31,303 bases of DNA. Source: a virus (taxonomy: Duplodnaviria > Caudoviricetes). The notes under the pieces are model-generated. The model saw only the letters and a list, made by a program, of their open reading frames with translations, did no database searches and had not been told where the DNA came from. This document shows, piece after piece, positions 15,719-25,169 of the stretch (its first letter is position 1; the number at the start of each line of letters is the position of its first letter). Where the stretch lies: the IMG/VR virus record IMGVR_UViG_3300030397_000744, positions 1 through 31,303 of that record. One strand, 5' to 3'. A program made the position numbers and the translations under genes.

Positions 15719-16671
15719 TATGCTATCCTAACGGCTATGCCCTTTGAGAATTCAAGCTTACACGCAGGAAAAACAACGAATTTTTTAGATGAGTAACTTA
15801 ATACATCTCCAATCTGGTGATCGGACATGTCTATTCTATAAATGGGATACTGTCCTAAAACTCTATCAAGACTATCACTATCGTGCGTGATAGAAATATC
15901 AGGCTTTCTGAGAGGTCTTTGAGTAGAGTATCCATTGGGGACAATCAAGTTTGAATAATCGACCCTGTCTCCGCTTGGTAGATTAGAGGACGAAAATTTT
16001 ACATTACAAAAGCATTTACTGCTTGGTTTCTCATCTCCGTCATATAGGATGATATCATCCGTAAAATCAAATGGGGGCAACTGATTTTCATTAAACCATC
16101 TGGCTGCAACGCTTGTTGAAGTATTAGGGTATCCACAAAAATTTCCCTCATCTTCTGCTGTATCAAACAACTCAGGCGAACCGAAAGATATAAAATTGCA
16201 ATATGTGGAAGTTAGCTTGATTGCTACTAAAACAAACTTGTCATTCCCAAAGATCCAAATTTTTTCCATTATTCCAGGTTTCATGCTGTTAAATCTTTTG
16301 CTATTCCAGTTAGAAACTCCTCCAGGTGATGCACGCTGAACAGGATGAGTAGAATTTGCTGTGTCTCTTCCAGTCGCTCCAGACTTAAAAGCTCCTACTT
16401 GGAGCCACTCATGATCAGCTACACTTCCAGAATTTTCCATTCTGAACCTAAAATGCAATGTCTGACTTCCGTATCCAGAGGATTCAATCTCTAAATAGCT
16501 TTCACTCCCAGCACTGAAACCGTACACTCCCCCACCTTGATTGGCCCATTGCGAGTTTGTGTTAAATAGATTGATAGTCCACCCAGCAGAATCGCAAAAA
16601 TCTTTTATCTTTTCTAGTAACTCATGGTGGTCTGATACGTTTTGGTGCTCTTCCATTGTTAAAACTGTCAT
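15718..16671 (-). CDS. Virion structural protein (start re-assigned to MTVLTMEEH)
   Basis: TAATG overlap with the upstream stop; second gene after the tape measure; S/G/N-rich beta character. Confidence 0.75.
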   Translation of the reverse strand: MTVLTMEEHQNVSDHHELLEKIKDFCDSAGWTINLFNTNSQWANQGGGVYGFSAGSESYLEIESSGYGSQTLHFRFRMENSGSVADHEWLQVGAFKSGATGRDTANSTHPVQRASPGGVSNWNSKRFNSMKPGIMEKIWIFGNDKFVLVAIKLTSTYCNFISFGSPELFDTAEDEGNFCGYPNTSTSVAARWFNENQLPPFDFTDDIILYDGDEKPSSKCFCNVKFSSSNLPSGDRVDYSNLIVPNGYSTQRPLRKPDISITHDSDSLDRVLGQYPIYRIDMSDHQIGDVLSYSSKKFVVFPACKLEFSKGIAVRIA

Positions 16672-17894
16672 TAGGTTTCCCTCACGCACATAAAATCTTT
16701 GTCCGTATTTCTAAAGATGTTTTGAAAAATTCTGTAGGTTTTGGAATCTTGAGTGAAGGTTCCTTCTGAGTTGATAGAGTTACTTGGGCAGTAATAAACA
16801 TCCTCTAATTGCCAAAGTAGAAATGATGTTTCCGAGCTAAATCCATAGACATCGTATAAATGTGTATCACCATCGGTTCTCTCTGTGACAGTTCCACTTG
16901 TGTTTTCACCCTTTTTAGGGTGCAATTCTGTATCAGAATTAGAGGGCAAATTACTTCCTTTGAATTGATCAAAGGGGTCGAGGTAAATAAGTTGCAAAGA
17001 TGACGCTGAACGTAAATCTATAATAAAGCTATGCGAATCAGAAGTGTCTGTATAGTTGTTATTACCAAAGTGACTACCTAAAGCAATTATCGGATTAGGA
17101 TAGTCTGAAGGGCTCGAAAATCTTAAAGCTAAACCAAGATAACATGACACATAACGATTACCTGTTATTCTGGCAATAACCACAATCCTATTCTTGCTCG
17201 AATAGAACCAATATGTTATGGAATCATTGTTAAAACTTATGCCAGGGTGGTCGTCGTATGACTCTCTTGTGTTATCGTAGCTACTATAACCATGACCATT
17301 GGTTCCGTCTTTGTTGTGGTTCCAATGCTGAGTTTCATTAAAATTTTTGTAACAATTGAGATTCCATCTGTAGAAAGAGTTTGCAACGCTTTCACATTCG
17401 CGAATTCCCACGAAAATATTTTCTTTATATGAGGATCCACTATTCTTTAGAATTATTTCTTTTTTAGAGCTATCACCAAACGCATCGGATCCACTTGTGT
17501 CTTGAGAGTTTCTTTCGTCGATAACAACCCAATCAAGACCTTCTGTACCATGCGAATACAGTATGTCTAAATCTTCTGCGTTCTCTAGGGGGTTCGCAAG
17601 CTCAATGGAATATGCACCAGTGCTATAGGTTATGGTTGCTGCTGTAATTTCGTCGTGATCCCAATTCCCTTCACCATCGTCCCAAATATAGTAGGTAGTG
17701 CCATTTCTGACGAATTTTAGCCTTGCGCAACCTTCAGAAACGTTTGTATTAGATAGAGTACCTGAAAATGTATCCTCTACATCATCACCAGTTCCTAACG
17801 TTTCTGTAACTGTGTTTCCTGCAACAAAAGACTTTAAGGCCTGTAGCAATGCTGTAAAACTTCCGACTGTTCCTGTTGATTTTTGTATTGCCAT
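16671..17894 (-). CDS. Virion structural protein
   Basis: First gene after the tape measure; YWF.....R.VV.AR.....Y.S.YLG......P..YP.P motif typical of this tail-tip type. Confidence 0.78.
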   Translation of the reverse strand: MAIQKSTGTVGSFTALLQALKSFVAGNTVTETLGTGDDVEDTFSGTLSNTNVSEGCARLKFVRNGTTYYIWDDGEGNWDHDEITAATITYSTGAYSIELANPLENAEDLDILYSHGTEGLDWVVIDERNSQDTSGSDAFGDSSKKEIILKNSGSSYKENIFVGIRECESVANSFYRWNLNCYKNFNETQHWNHNKDGTNGHGYSSYDNTRESYDDHPGISFNNDSITYWFYSSKNRIVVIARITGNRYVSCYLGLALRFSSPSDYPNPIIALGSHFGNNNYTDTSDSHSFIIDLRSASSLQLIYLDPFDQFKGSNLPSNSDTELHPKKGENTSGTVTERTDGDTHLYDVYGFSSETSFLLWQLEDVYYCPSNSINSEGTFTQDSKTYRIFQNIFRNTDKDFMCVRET

Positions 17895-20800
17895 TACTTT
17901 ATCCCCAAAGCTTGGCGAAATTTAGATGGGTTAGAGCGCATTCTGTTTATCTGGATATTATCAGCAGATGTTGAATTCATAAACGACTCTAGCTCTTCTT
18001 TGCTTGTGACGTTAACGATGGTGACATTTTGTCCAGAATCTGATTGATTTGATCTTTGCAAAGGTATTCTAGATGATTTGCCAACACTTGGTTGACTAGA
18101 AGCAAAAGATCTATTCGCAACGCTGTTTATATTGCCAGCTATGTCAGGAGCACCAGCAAGTGCTGAAAAATCTCCAGCATTCAAAGCATTGACTGTGTTT
18201 TCTCCAATTACATCAACAGCATCGCGATTTAAAACACCTTCTCCTGGCGTTAAATTAGCTGGAACAATATCACGATCCACGCGAGGTCCTGGGACAATAC
18301 CACCATCATTGAAATTTAAAGACGTTGCAACTACTTTGGCTAGCTGAGCACCAGCCAAAACGCCAGCCTGTATAGCTTGTGCGCTACCAAAAAATCCAGT
18401 TGCTCCAATAGAATTAGATATTGCCCTGGCGATATTCAATGTTGCTTCAGCAATAGCCAGACCTTTTGATATTGCAAAAAGTTCTTTGCTTTGTCCTTTT
18501 GTGGCAGCAAGTAAAGTATCTGCTATCGCTATAGATTGACCTACAAAAGCTTGCACAAGTTCTATTTTTGTAGACTCTGTTTCTCTTGCTAAATCTACTC
18601 TTCTTTGTTCTCTCTGTCTTGATAGACTTAGCCTTGCTTGCTCAATAGCATCTTCTTTAACTCCAAACTCTCGAAGCAAAGCAAGCTTTCTTTCATTTTG
18701 AGCCTGCAATTCTAATAATTCTAACCTATTACGCTCTTTTTGTTGCTCTAAACCGAAAAAGCTGTCATCTTCAATTCCAGCGTCACCAACAGTTATCGTT
18801 TGCAGTTCTATTTGCCTTTGAATATTTTGGAAATTTTCTTCGTTCGCTATTCTTTCGTTAAAGATTTTTCTTTCTTTAGCCAGAACTTGATCTAAAGCAG
18901 ATAAACGACTTTGTTTTTCTCTTTCAGTTAATCCACCTTTTTCATCTAAAAGCTTTTCAAACTCTTTTCTTTGCCGTCTTTGTTCTAGATCAAACTCTTG
19001 CCGTTCTCTTTCAAAAACGCTTTCTATAGCTCTAATTTTTATCCTAGATATTTCTTCTTCTAATTCTGATTTGCTCTCAATTTCTTCAGCCTGAAATTTT
19101 TTTACAACTTCTTGGCGTTCTTTTTCTTGTATTTCTTGTAATTTTTTTATTTGGCTAGAACTACCACCATTTATCCTTAAAGATTCAAGTTCTTTTTCTT
19201 GCCTTTTTACAATATTGTCTAGTTCTTTTTTATGGATACTTTCTGATAGCTTGTTTCTGGCTTCTGATATTATTTTTATAGAATTTAACTGCTTTTCCTC
19301 AAATTCATCTTCTGCATCAAATCTTTCTTGCTGTAGTTGTATTATTTGGCGTTTAAAATCTTGTGAGGCTATTTGTGTTTGCAGTTTTATTTCTTGATCA
19401 CTCAAGTCATTATTTCCGACTATTTGATCTATGGTTCTTTTTTGCTCTAACCTTATCAGTTCCCTTCTCTTATTAAAAAAATCTTCTAAATTTTCTAGGC
19501 TTTCATTGCTTGCTTTTTGTATCTCTTGAATTTCTGTTCTAAGTACCTCAATAGAGAGATCCAGTTGTAAATCATTTATTTTTTGAATTTTTTGCTGCTG
19601 AATTCTTCTTTTCTGTAATTCTTCAGCTTGGCGTTTTTTAATACCATCAAGCCTTTGAATTTCCAGCTTTGCTTCTTTTTGGATTTCTTTGTTCGCTTTA
19701 TCTGTTATCTCACTAGATTCTTTTTGAACCTTTATTTTTTCTTGTCTGACCTGTATGTCTCTTTTTAGTTGTTTCTCAACTTCTTCTAAAACTTTTATTT
19801 CTTTAGTGATCGCTTTTATTGCACCATCTTCTATTGCAGTCGAAATACCTAGAAAATTCAATGCTGCTTTCCTGGTTTCAGCGAATAATAAAACTGCTTC
19901 GGCACTAAATTTTTTCAGAGAAATTATTCCTGACTGGACGGCTTCGTCTACTGTTATTCCAAATAACTCCCATTCCCTAACGACTCCGCCTATAGCTAGG
20001 CCAGTTGTGAAAGCACCTAATATTGGGATTGCTCGACTTGCCGCAAAGCTTATTCCCCTTATGGCCACTGCTAGCCTTGGTGCTGTTACAGTCATTGCGG
20101 TCATTAGCTTACTTGTAGATGTGAGTGCAAAACCCAATGTTCCAAGCAAAAATGTTAGGGCTCCTGTTGCAACAGTTAATCCACCAATTGCACCAGTTGT
20201 ACCAACGATAACCGGACCTAAATCACCTAAATCATCAAAAGCTTCTGACAATTCTCCAACAAAATCTGTTATCCCATCTACAGCCTCAGACAATGGCTTA
20301 AGAAAAGGAGTTCCTATCTTTATAGCAAACCCTTCTACAGCGCTAAAAAGTTTTGTAAAACTACCTTGTAGGTTGTCTATCTGGATGGCAGCTCTTTTAG
20401 CTGCTTCTCCTTGATTGCGACTCCTTTTTTCAAGATCTCTTATTACATTACTGCCTTGTGAAAGCAATCCTATAAACCCAGGACCACCACGTTCACCAAA
20501 AATTCTATTGAGTTTTACAGTTTTCTCTATATCGGACATGCCTTCAAGAGCATTTGAAAATTGATCAACAACATTGGCCAATCCAACAAAATTACCTGAT
20601 TCATTTTCTATGGTAATTCCCAATTTTTCTAATTCTTCGGCAGCCTCTCCAGAATCCTGAAATAATCCCCTTAAAATAGCTCTTAGGCTTGTTCCAGCAA
20701 GTGTTCCCTGTATACCAGCGTTACCCAAAGTCCCTACAGCGGCAACAACTTCGTTAAATTCTATACCAGCACTTTGTGCAACTGGGGCAGCACTCTTTAA

Positions 20801-21409
20801 AGCTTCTCCTAGCTGAACAAGGTTTACATTAGCTTTACCGGAAACACCTGCTAATGCGTCCACAAGTTCTCCAAATTTCTCAACTTCCAAACCAAAACCG
20901 GTTAAAACATTGCTGGCAATATCAGCTGTTTGTGCAAGATCTAAGTTCTCAACAGCGGCTAAGTTCAAAGTTCCTTGCAATGAGTTGAGTATCTCGTCTG
21001 TTTCAAAACCAGCTCTAGCTAAAAACTGAATGGCTTCTCCGGCTTGACTTGCAGTAAACTGGGTTGTTTCTCCCAGTCTTTTAGCCTCGTTTGATAAAGA
21101 ATTAAAAGCTTTCTCTAATTCACTTGAATCATCGAAAGAACTTTGAATTAAAGCCCTTACGCCAGAGAATGTTTTTTCAAAGTCGCTGGCAGCTTTAACA
21201 GGAGCTGCAAAAGCCAAGGACAATCCAGCACCAACCTTTACAAAGTCGGCACCAATAGTTTTTAGATCTCCAGATATGGCTGTGAAATCTCGTAGTTCTC
21301 TAGATGTCCTAGTAAGTTCTTGCCTTAGATTATGAAAATCTTTAGACAAGTTTTTTACGCTTTTTTCTCCTCTAGAGCGAGTATTGACAACTAAATTAAT
21401 TGAGGCCAA
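17894..21409 (-). CDS. Tail tape measure protein (TP901 family)
   Basis: 1171 aa; AKRLGETTQFTASQAGEAIQFLARAG and GIQGTLAGTSLR core; long helical region; TTG start with AAGGA RBS. Confidence 0.95.
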   Translation of the reverse strand: MASINLVVNTRSRGEKSVKNLSKDFHNLRQELTRTSRELRDFTAISGDLKTIGADFVKVGAGLSLAFAAPVKAASDFEKTFSGVRALIQSSFDDSSELEKAFNSLSNEAKRLGETTQFTASQAGEAIQFLARAGFETDEILNSLQGTLNLAAVENLDLAQTADIASNVLTGFGLEVEKFGELVDALAGVSGKANVNLVQLGEALKSAAPVAQSAGIEFNEVVAAVGTLGNAGIQGTLAGTSLRAILRGLFQDSGEAAEELEKLGITIENESGNFVGLANVVDQFSNALEGMSDIEKTVKLNRIFGERGGPGFIGLLSQGSNVIRDLEKRSRNQGEAAKRAAIQIDNLQGSFTKLFSAVEGFAIKIGTPFLKPLSEAVDGITDFVGELSEAFDDLGDLGPVIVGTTGAIGGLTVATGALTFLLGTLGFALTSTSKLMTAMTVTAPRLAVAIRGISFAASRAIPILGAFTTGLAIGGVVREWELFGITVDEAVQSGIISLKKFSAEAVLLFAETRKAALNFLGISTAIEDGAIKAITKEIKVLEEVEKQLKRDIQVRQEKIKVQKESSEITDKANKEIQKEAKLEIQRLDGIKKRQAEELQKRRIQQQKIQKINDLQLDLSIEVLRTEIQEIQKASNESLENLEDFFNKRRELIRLEQKRTIDQIVGNNDLSDQEIKLQTQIASQDFKRQIIQLQQERFDAEDEFEEKQLNSIKIISEARNKLSESIHKKELDNIVKRQEKELESLRINGGSSSQIKKLQEIQEKERQEVVKKFQAEEIESKSELEEEISRIKIRAIESVFERERQEFDLEQRRQRKEFEKLLDEKGGLTEREKQSRLSALDQVLAKERKIFNERIANEENFQNIQRQIELQTITVGDAGIEDDSFFGLEQQKERNRLELLELQAQNERKLALLREFGVKEDAIEQARLSLSRQREQRRVDLARETESTKIELVQAFVGQSIAIADTLLAATKGQSKELFAISKGLAIAEATLNIARAISNSIGATGFFGSAQAIQAGVLAGAQLAKVVATSLNFNDGGIVPGPRVDRDIVPANLTPGEGVLNRDAVDVIGENTVNALNAGDFSALAGAPDIAGNINSVANRSFASSQPSVGKSSRIPLQRSNQSDSGQNVTIVNVTSKEELESFMNSTSADNIQINRMRSNPSKFRQALGIK

Positions 21410-21410
21410 A

Positions 21411-21698
21411 CTATTGTTCCTTTAGGTATTTAGATAAATCTTCCTGATGATTTGCCGCGCGAACGCTTAGGGTTATTAATTCTTTTTGTTTTTGGTAGTC
21501 TCTTTTGAATTTTTCATTGCTCGAATACAACATCTTTAAATATAAACCATATGGATACTTAAAAACGTTTAAATGTCCACGTTCTATGAGCTGACAGACA
21601 GAGTCATATATGGTGAAAAATGTGCTATGAATATCGCCCTTATCATTTTTTTGCAGGTTATTTTGTCTATTCCGAAATAACCCGCTATCTCGAAAAAA
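21411..21698 (-). CDS. Tail assembly chaperone 'T' segment, probably reached by -1 frameshift
   Basis: Open -1 frame (...YDSVCQLIERGHLNVFKYPYGLYL...KYLKEQ*) overlapping the chaperone and ending 1 nt before the tape measure start; in-frame slippery T TTT TTC at 21692-21698. Confidence 0.65.
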   Translation of the reverse strand, partial: FFRDSGLFRNRQNNLQKNDKGDIHSTFFTIYDSVCQLIERGHLNVFKYPYGLYLKMLYSSNEKFKRDYQKQKELITLSVRAANHQEDLSKYLKEQ

Positions 21699-22027
21699 TC
21701 GCGGTTTACCTCTTCAATATGCGGCAGAAGCTCTTTTATTTTTGATGGCGTTTGCTTCGTAATATCTTCTATTTTCAAATCACCTTGGGTGCAAATGTCT
21801 ATTATCATAGTGACTTGCTCAAATAGATTCAGTCTTTTAGCCTGACTTTCCGTGGTTTCTTCTTTATTTTGTTCCTGATTTTTATTGTTTTCTGCTTTAG
21901 TCTTTTCTTCTTCGTCTTTGATTATGTTGACAATTGCTAAAACTTCATCCACCGTCAATTCCACAACAATAAAATCTTTCCCACACCAACTAACTTTTTT
22001 TTGTGTTCTCTTAATTGTTTCTGACAT
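21584..22027 (-). CDS. Tail assembly chaperone (G-like)
   Basis: Position before the tape measure; VELTV and EVNRDFF motifs; AAGGTG RBS. Confidence 0.75.
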   Translation of the reverse strand: MSETIKRTQKKVSWCGKDFIVVELTVDEVLAIVNIIKDEEEKTKAENNKNQEQNKEETTESQAKRLNLFEQVTMIIDICTQGDLKIEDITKQTPSKIKELLPHIEEVNRDFFEIAGYFGIDKITCKKMIRAIFIAHFSPYMTLSVSS

Positions 22028-22041
22028 AAAACACCTTCTGT

Positions 22042-22653
22042 CTATCGTTTAGAAAAACGAAAGTTTTTACCTGTTTTTCTGTTGTAAGATGCTATAAACC
22101 TTTTCTCAAATATTTCTGGTATTCTGTCTCGTTGTTTTTTTATGATTGGGTCAAAAATTTCTCTTCCAGGCAAATTAAGCTTTGTTTTTTCTTTGCTTAT
22201 AGGGAAAAATCCACGTCCTACCTGTGCTTTATTTCTTCCTTGTCTTGTCGCTCCGAAAAGCCTCCTAACTTTGTCGTTCACAGGTATATCTTTACCTTCT
22301 TGGACTTCTTTGGAGATCTTTTCCATTTTTTTACCAAGTGATACAATCACGTATTGGCCTTGCCTACGATCCACATTGAAACGAGCAAATTTACGAAGCC
22401 ATAAAAGAGCCTTACGACTTCTCTTTTTTTCCCATTCATCACTGGAGGATTTTCTAAATCCCCTAGTAAGTGGATGTTGTTTAGGCCAACTGGAGTCACC
22501 TTGTGATGATATGTAGCGCCTAATCTCTTTGCGCATATCATCGCCGACTCCTATTAGGGCAGAAATTCGAGCGCTACGAAAAACACCAGAATAATTAAAC
22601 GTGTCCTTTATTGCCTGGTCAATCTGATCTAGAGAAACTTTGCTAACAGTCAC
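22042..22653 (-). CDS. Basic neck / tail-completion-type protein
   Basis: R/K-rich 203 aa with an LPGREIFDP motif; lies in the tail module. Confidence 0.55.
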   Translation of the reverse strand: MTVSKVSLDQIDQAIKDTFNYSGVFRSARISALIGVGDDMRKEIRRYISSQGDSSWPKQHPLTRGFRKSSSDEWEKKRSRKALLWLRKFARFNVDRRQGQYVIVSLGKKMEKISKEVQEGKDIPVNDKVRRLFGATRQGRNKAQVGRGFFPISKEKTKLNLPGREIFDPIIKKQRDRIPEIFEKRFIASYNRKTGKNFRFSKR

Positions 22654-23648
22654 TAAACACCAGCAACAGAAATGTTTGATATCTCTTTAAAGATGTAAAG
22701 TTCTTCGCCTGATTTTTTTACGGCTTCAAAATTTATGGTGTAAACTTGAACGTCTGTTGAAATTAATGCGAAATCGCCATCAGGGAAAATCTTTACGTTT
22801 GCTTCAAAATATTGACGTACATTACCTTTACCATAAAAACGAATCTTGCCTTCTATATCAGATTTAGTGACACCTTCGATTTTGTTTTCAGTTATTTCAG
22901 AAAAACTACCTTCGATAGCCAAAACTTCATCAGCAGAAATTCCGCCTCCATTTGCAATGTGGATGCTGCCCCATTCGTAATTGATACCATAATCAGTATC
23001 CTCAATGTATCGCTGACGGTAAGTGTTTGATCCAGTCCCATCGTCGGTAATGGCAACTTCAGAACCACCTTTTGTCAAAGACACTTTAAAAGTGTTTGTG
23101 TCTGAACTAATTATATAGTATATGGTTCCTGCTGTTAGTCCCGCTGGCAATGTTCCCACTTCTTGAAACTCAATAGAATCACCATCTGACAATCCATGAG
23201 AACTAGATGTAAAAGTATTAGTGGAGTTGTCAGCAGTAAAAGCAACAGCTGCGCCATTTTTGAAAACCTTCACAGACCCCTCTGTAAGTCCTTGCTTACC
23301 AAGATCTATCCACTTGTGTTTTTTGGCTGTAACTGTTTTTGAAGAAAAACTTCCCGAAGATTGGATAGTTTCAACAACTTCTTTTGCAAGATTGAAAAAC
23401 CTTGCAATTTCTAAAGCTGTAGATGTTATAGACATAGATCCGGCAACATCTATTTGCGAAATTTGGTCAAAAGTTTTTACAGTGTTAAGGTTTCTATTTG
23501 AATATTTTTGGACTCGGTCAACACTTATATTAAAACTGAATTCATCAATCTCTTGGAAATCAAGCTCACCAACTTTTCCTGTCTCTTGGAAGGTAACATG
23601 ACCTCTCCCAAGATTTTGCGAATTGGCTTTTTTTACAATGTCGCTCAT
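22653..23648 (-). CDS. Major tail (tube) protein with an inserted decoration domain
   Basis: LGRG.V.F N-terminus, EG.IRF and PDGDFALI C-terminal motifs; internal HGLSDGD...YYI....NTFKVS insert. Confidence 0.8.
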   Translation of the reverse strand: MSDIVKKANSQNLGRGHVTFQETGKVGELDFQEIDEFSFNISVDRVQKYSNRNLNTVKTFDQISQIDVAGSMSITSTALEIARFFNLAKEVVETIQSSGSFSSKTVTAKKHKWIDLGKQGLTEGSVKVFKNGAAVAFTADNSTNTFTSSSHGLSDGDSIEFQEVGTLPAGLTAGTIYYIISSDTNTFKVSLTKGGSEVAITDDGTGSNTYRQRYIEDTDYGINYEWGSIHIANGGGISADEVLAIEGSFSEITENKIEGVTKSDIEGKIRFYGKGNVRQYFEANVKIFPDGDFALISTDVQVYTINFEAVKKSGEELYIFKEISNISVAGV

Positions 23649-23660
23649 TCGTATACCTAC

Positions 23661-24125
23661 CTATTTTAAAAGCTTCCTATTGCTACGTAAGAATTTGAGT
23701 TCAATTATTGAATCACTTGAAAAGTTAGGGAAAAATACTTGTGACATCGAATTGCCATCAATATTTGTGATAGTGGCAATTTCAGCTTTAAATATCACTT
23801 TTTCAACAATTTGGCGTAATTCTTCAGCTTCGATCATGCCTGTCAAAATCTTTCGGTTATCTATTACATCAACATTTTCGTTCTCTACAGCAACACCAAT
23901 ACTCAAAAGAAAATTTATGTATCGATCACTTTCTTGATAACTAGTTTTTTCAACTGCATAAAGAGCTACAGCCGGAAAATCTTCAGGAGGTGAATCAGCG
24001 TTTATGCCAACAAATACAGTGTGATCTTTTTCATATTTGCCTTGGCAATAATTCTTTATTTCCTGGCTTTCAGCTATAGTTTTAGACAGACTAACTAGTA
24101 TCTCTGAGTTTTCCATAAATTTCAT
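23661..24125 (-). CDS. Putative tail terminator protein
   Basis: Acidic 154 aa with an FPAV motif, immediately before the tail tube gene. Confidence 0.6.
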   Translation of the reverse strand: MKFMENSEILVSLSKTIAESQEIKNYCQGKYEKDHTVFVGINADSPPEDFPAVALYAVEKTSYQESDRYINFLLSIGVAVENENVDVIDNRKILTGMIEAEELRQIVEKVIFKAEIATITNIDGNSMSQVFFPNFSSDSIIELKFLRSNRKLLK

Positions 24126-24130
24126 TTTGA

Positions 24131-24463
24131 TTACCTGTTAATTACTCTAGTATCTTTTTGCAAATAAATATCCCAATGATCCTTGTCTTGGCTGTCGAAG
24201 TGGTAAATTGTCCAAACAATGTCATTTATGGTGACTTTGTTAATTTTCCCGTCACCACTCCCCGGTTTTCCGGGGTTTGCAAAAACACTTTTAGCTATCA
24301 ATAATTTACCTTTGAGCCTTGAATTGTGAGAGTTCTTCTCCTGTTTTTCATCTGTAGAAAAAACCCCTTTAACCTCTTCGCCATCAATGACGATCTTGTT
24401 AATCCCTGAAAGTTTATCTATTCCAAATGAATACATTTTTTCAACAGCTCTTTCAAAGCTCAT
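24131..24463 (-). CDS. Putative head-tail joining protein (gpFII-like)
   Basis: 110 aa beta-rich; GAGGT RBS; synteny after DUF2190. Confidence 0.6.
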   Translation of the reverse strand: MSFERAVEKMYSFGIDKLSGINKIVIDGEEVKGVFSTDEKQEKNSHNSRLKGKLLIAKSVFANPGKPGSGDGKINKVTINDIVWTIYHFDSQDKDHWDIYLQKDTRVINR

Positions 24464-24480
24464 TTTTTTACCTCAAATCT

Positions 24481-25155
24481 CTACGAAACTGCTACCACTT
24501 TTACGCCTGAAAGATGGACACTTTGTTCTGTGTCAGTGTTTGCCTGTGCTGTAAGTGCGTGACCTATGCTGTACAAACCGGATGCACTAGTTGGTGTGAC
24601 TTCTTTGTTGGTATCATCCCAAAAGATTTCTTGGCCTTCTGTCGTAGCGACAGAGTTATTTTTGGCAAGAGTCACAACACCATCAATTTTTGCCTCAAAA
24701 GCTTCTGCTTCATCTTTTGTTTCAAGCGCTACAACAAACATGCTTCCGATTATGTAGCCAACACCAGCCACAACGCCACCACTTGGAGCTGTAAGCGAAA
24801 TCGATCCACCACTGTCTCCGCCTTCTCCTTTTCCAAAAATAAAAGCTTGGACAGTTGTAGCAGTTTCAGCAGCAGCTCCGTTTGCTTGGCCGACATATGG
24901 ACCAACAGCTTTTGCTGTAAGTCTTTTATTAACAGAGTCAAAATATAGATCTGCTTTATCAGCAATAGCCTCAGTATTGTCTTTCGCAAGGTCAAAGATT
25001 CCAAATCTTTCGAGTATGGCATCATCACCAGCAGAATAAGCTCCCATTGACACACCAAATAAATTTCCGTGCATATATGGTTCACCACTGGCAATAGATA
25101 CGCCTCTTGGGACAGTAAATTTTATCTGTTTTCCAGATGCAAAATAATTTTTCAT
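24481..25155 (-). CDS. Capsid cement protein with two tandem DUF2190 domains
   Basis: MKNYF..G start; duplicated G.F.LAK....A...G..(L/I)(Y/F)(F/W)D..(N)K..T motif. Confidence 0.85.
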   Translation of the reverse strand: MKNYFASGKQIKFTVPRGVSIASGEPYMHGNLFGVSMGAYSAGDDAILERFGIFDLAKDNTEAIADKADLYFDSVNKRLTAKAVGPYVGQANGAAAETATTVQAFIFGKGEGGDSGGSISLTAPSGGVVAGVGYIIGSMFVVALETKDEAEAFEAKIDGVVTLAKNNSVATTEGQEIFWDDTNKEVTPTSASGLYSIGHALTAQANTDTEQSVHLSGVKVVAVS

Positions 25156-25169
25156 ATCTAAGGTTTCTC

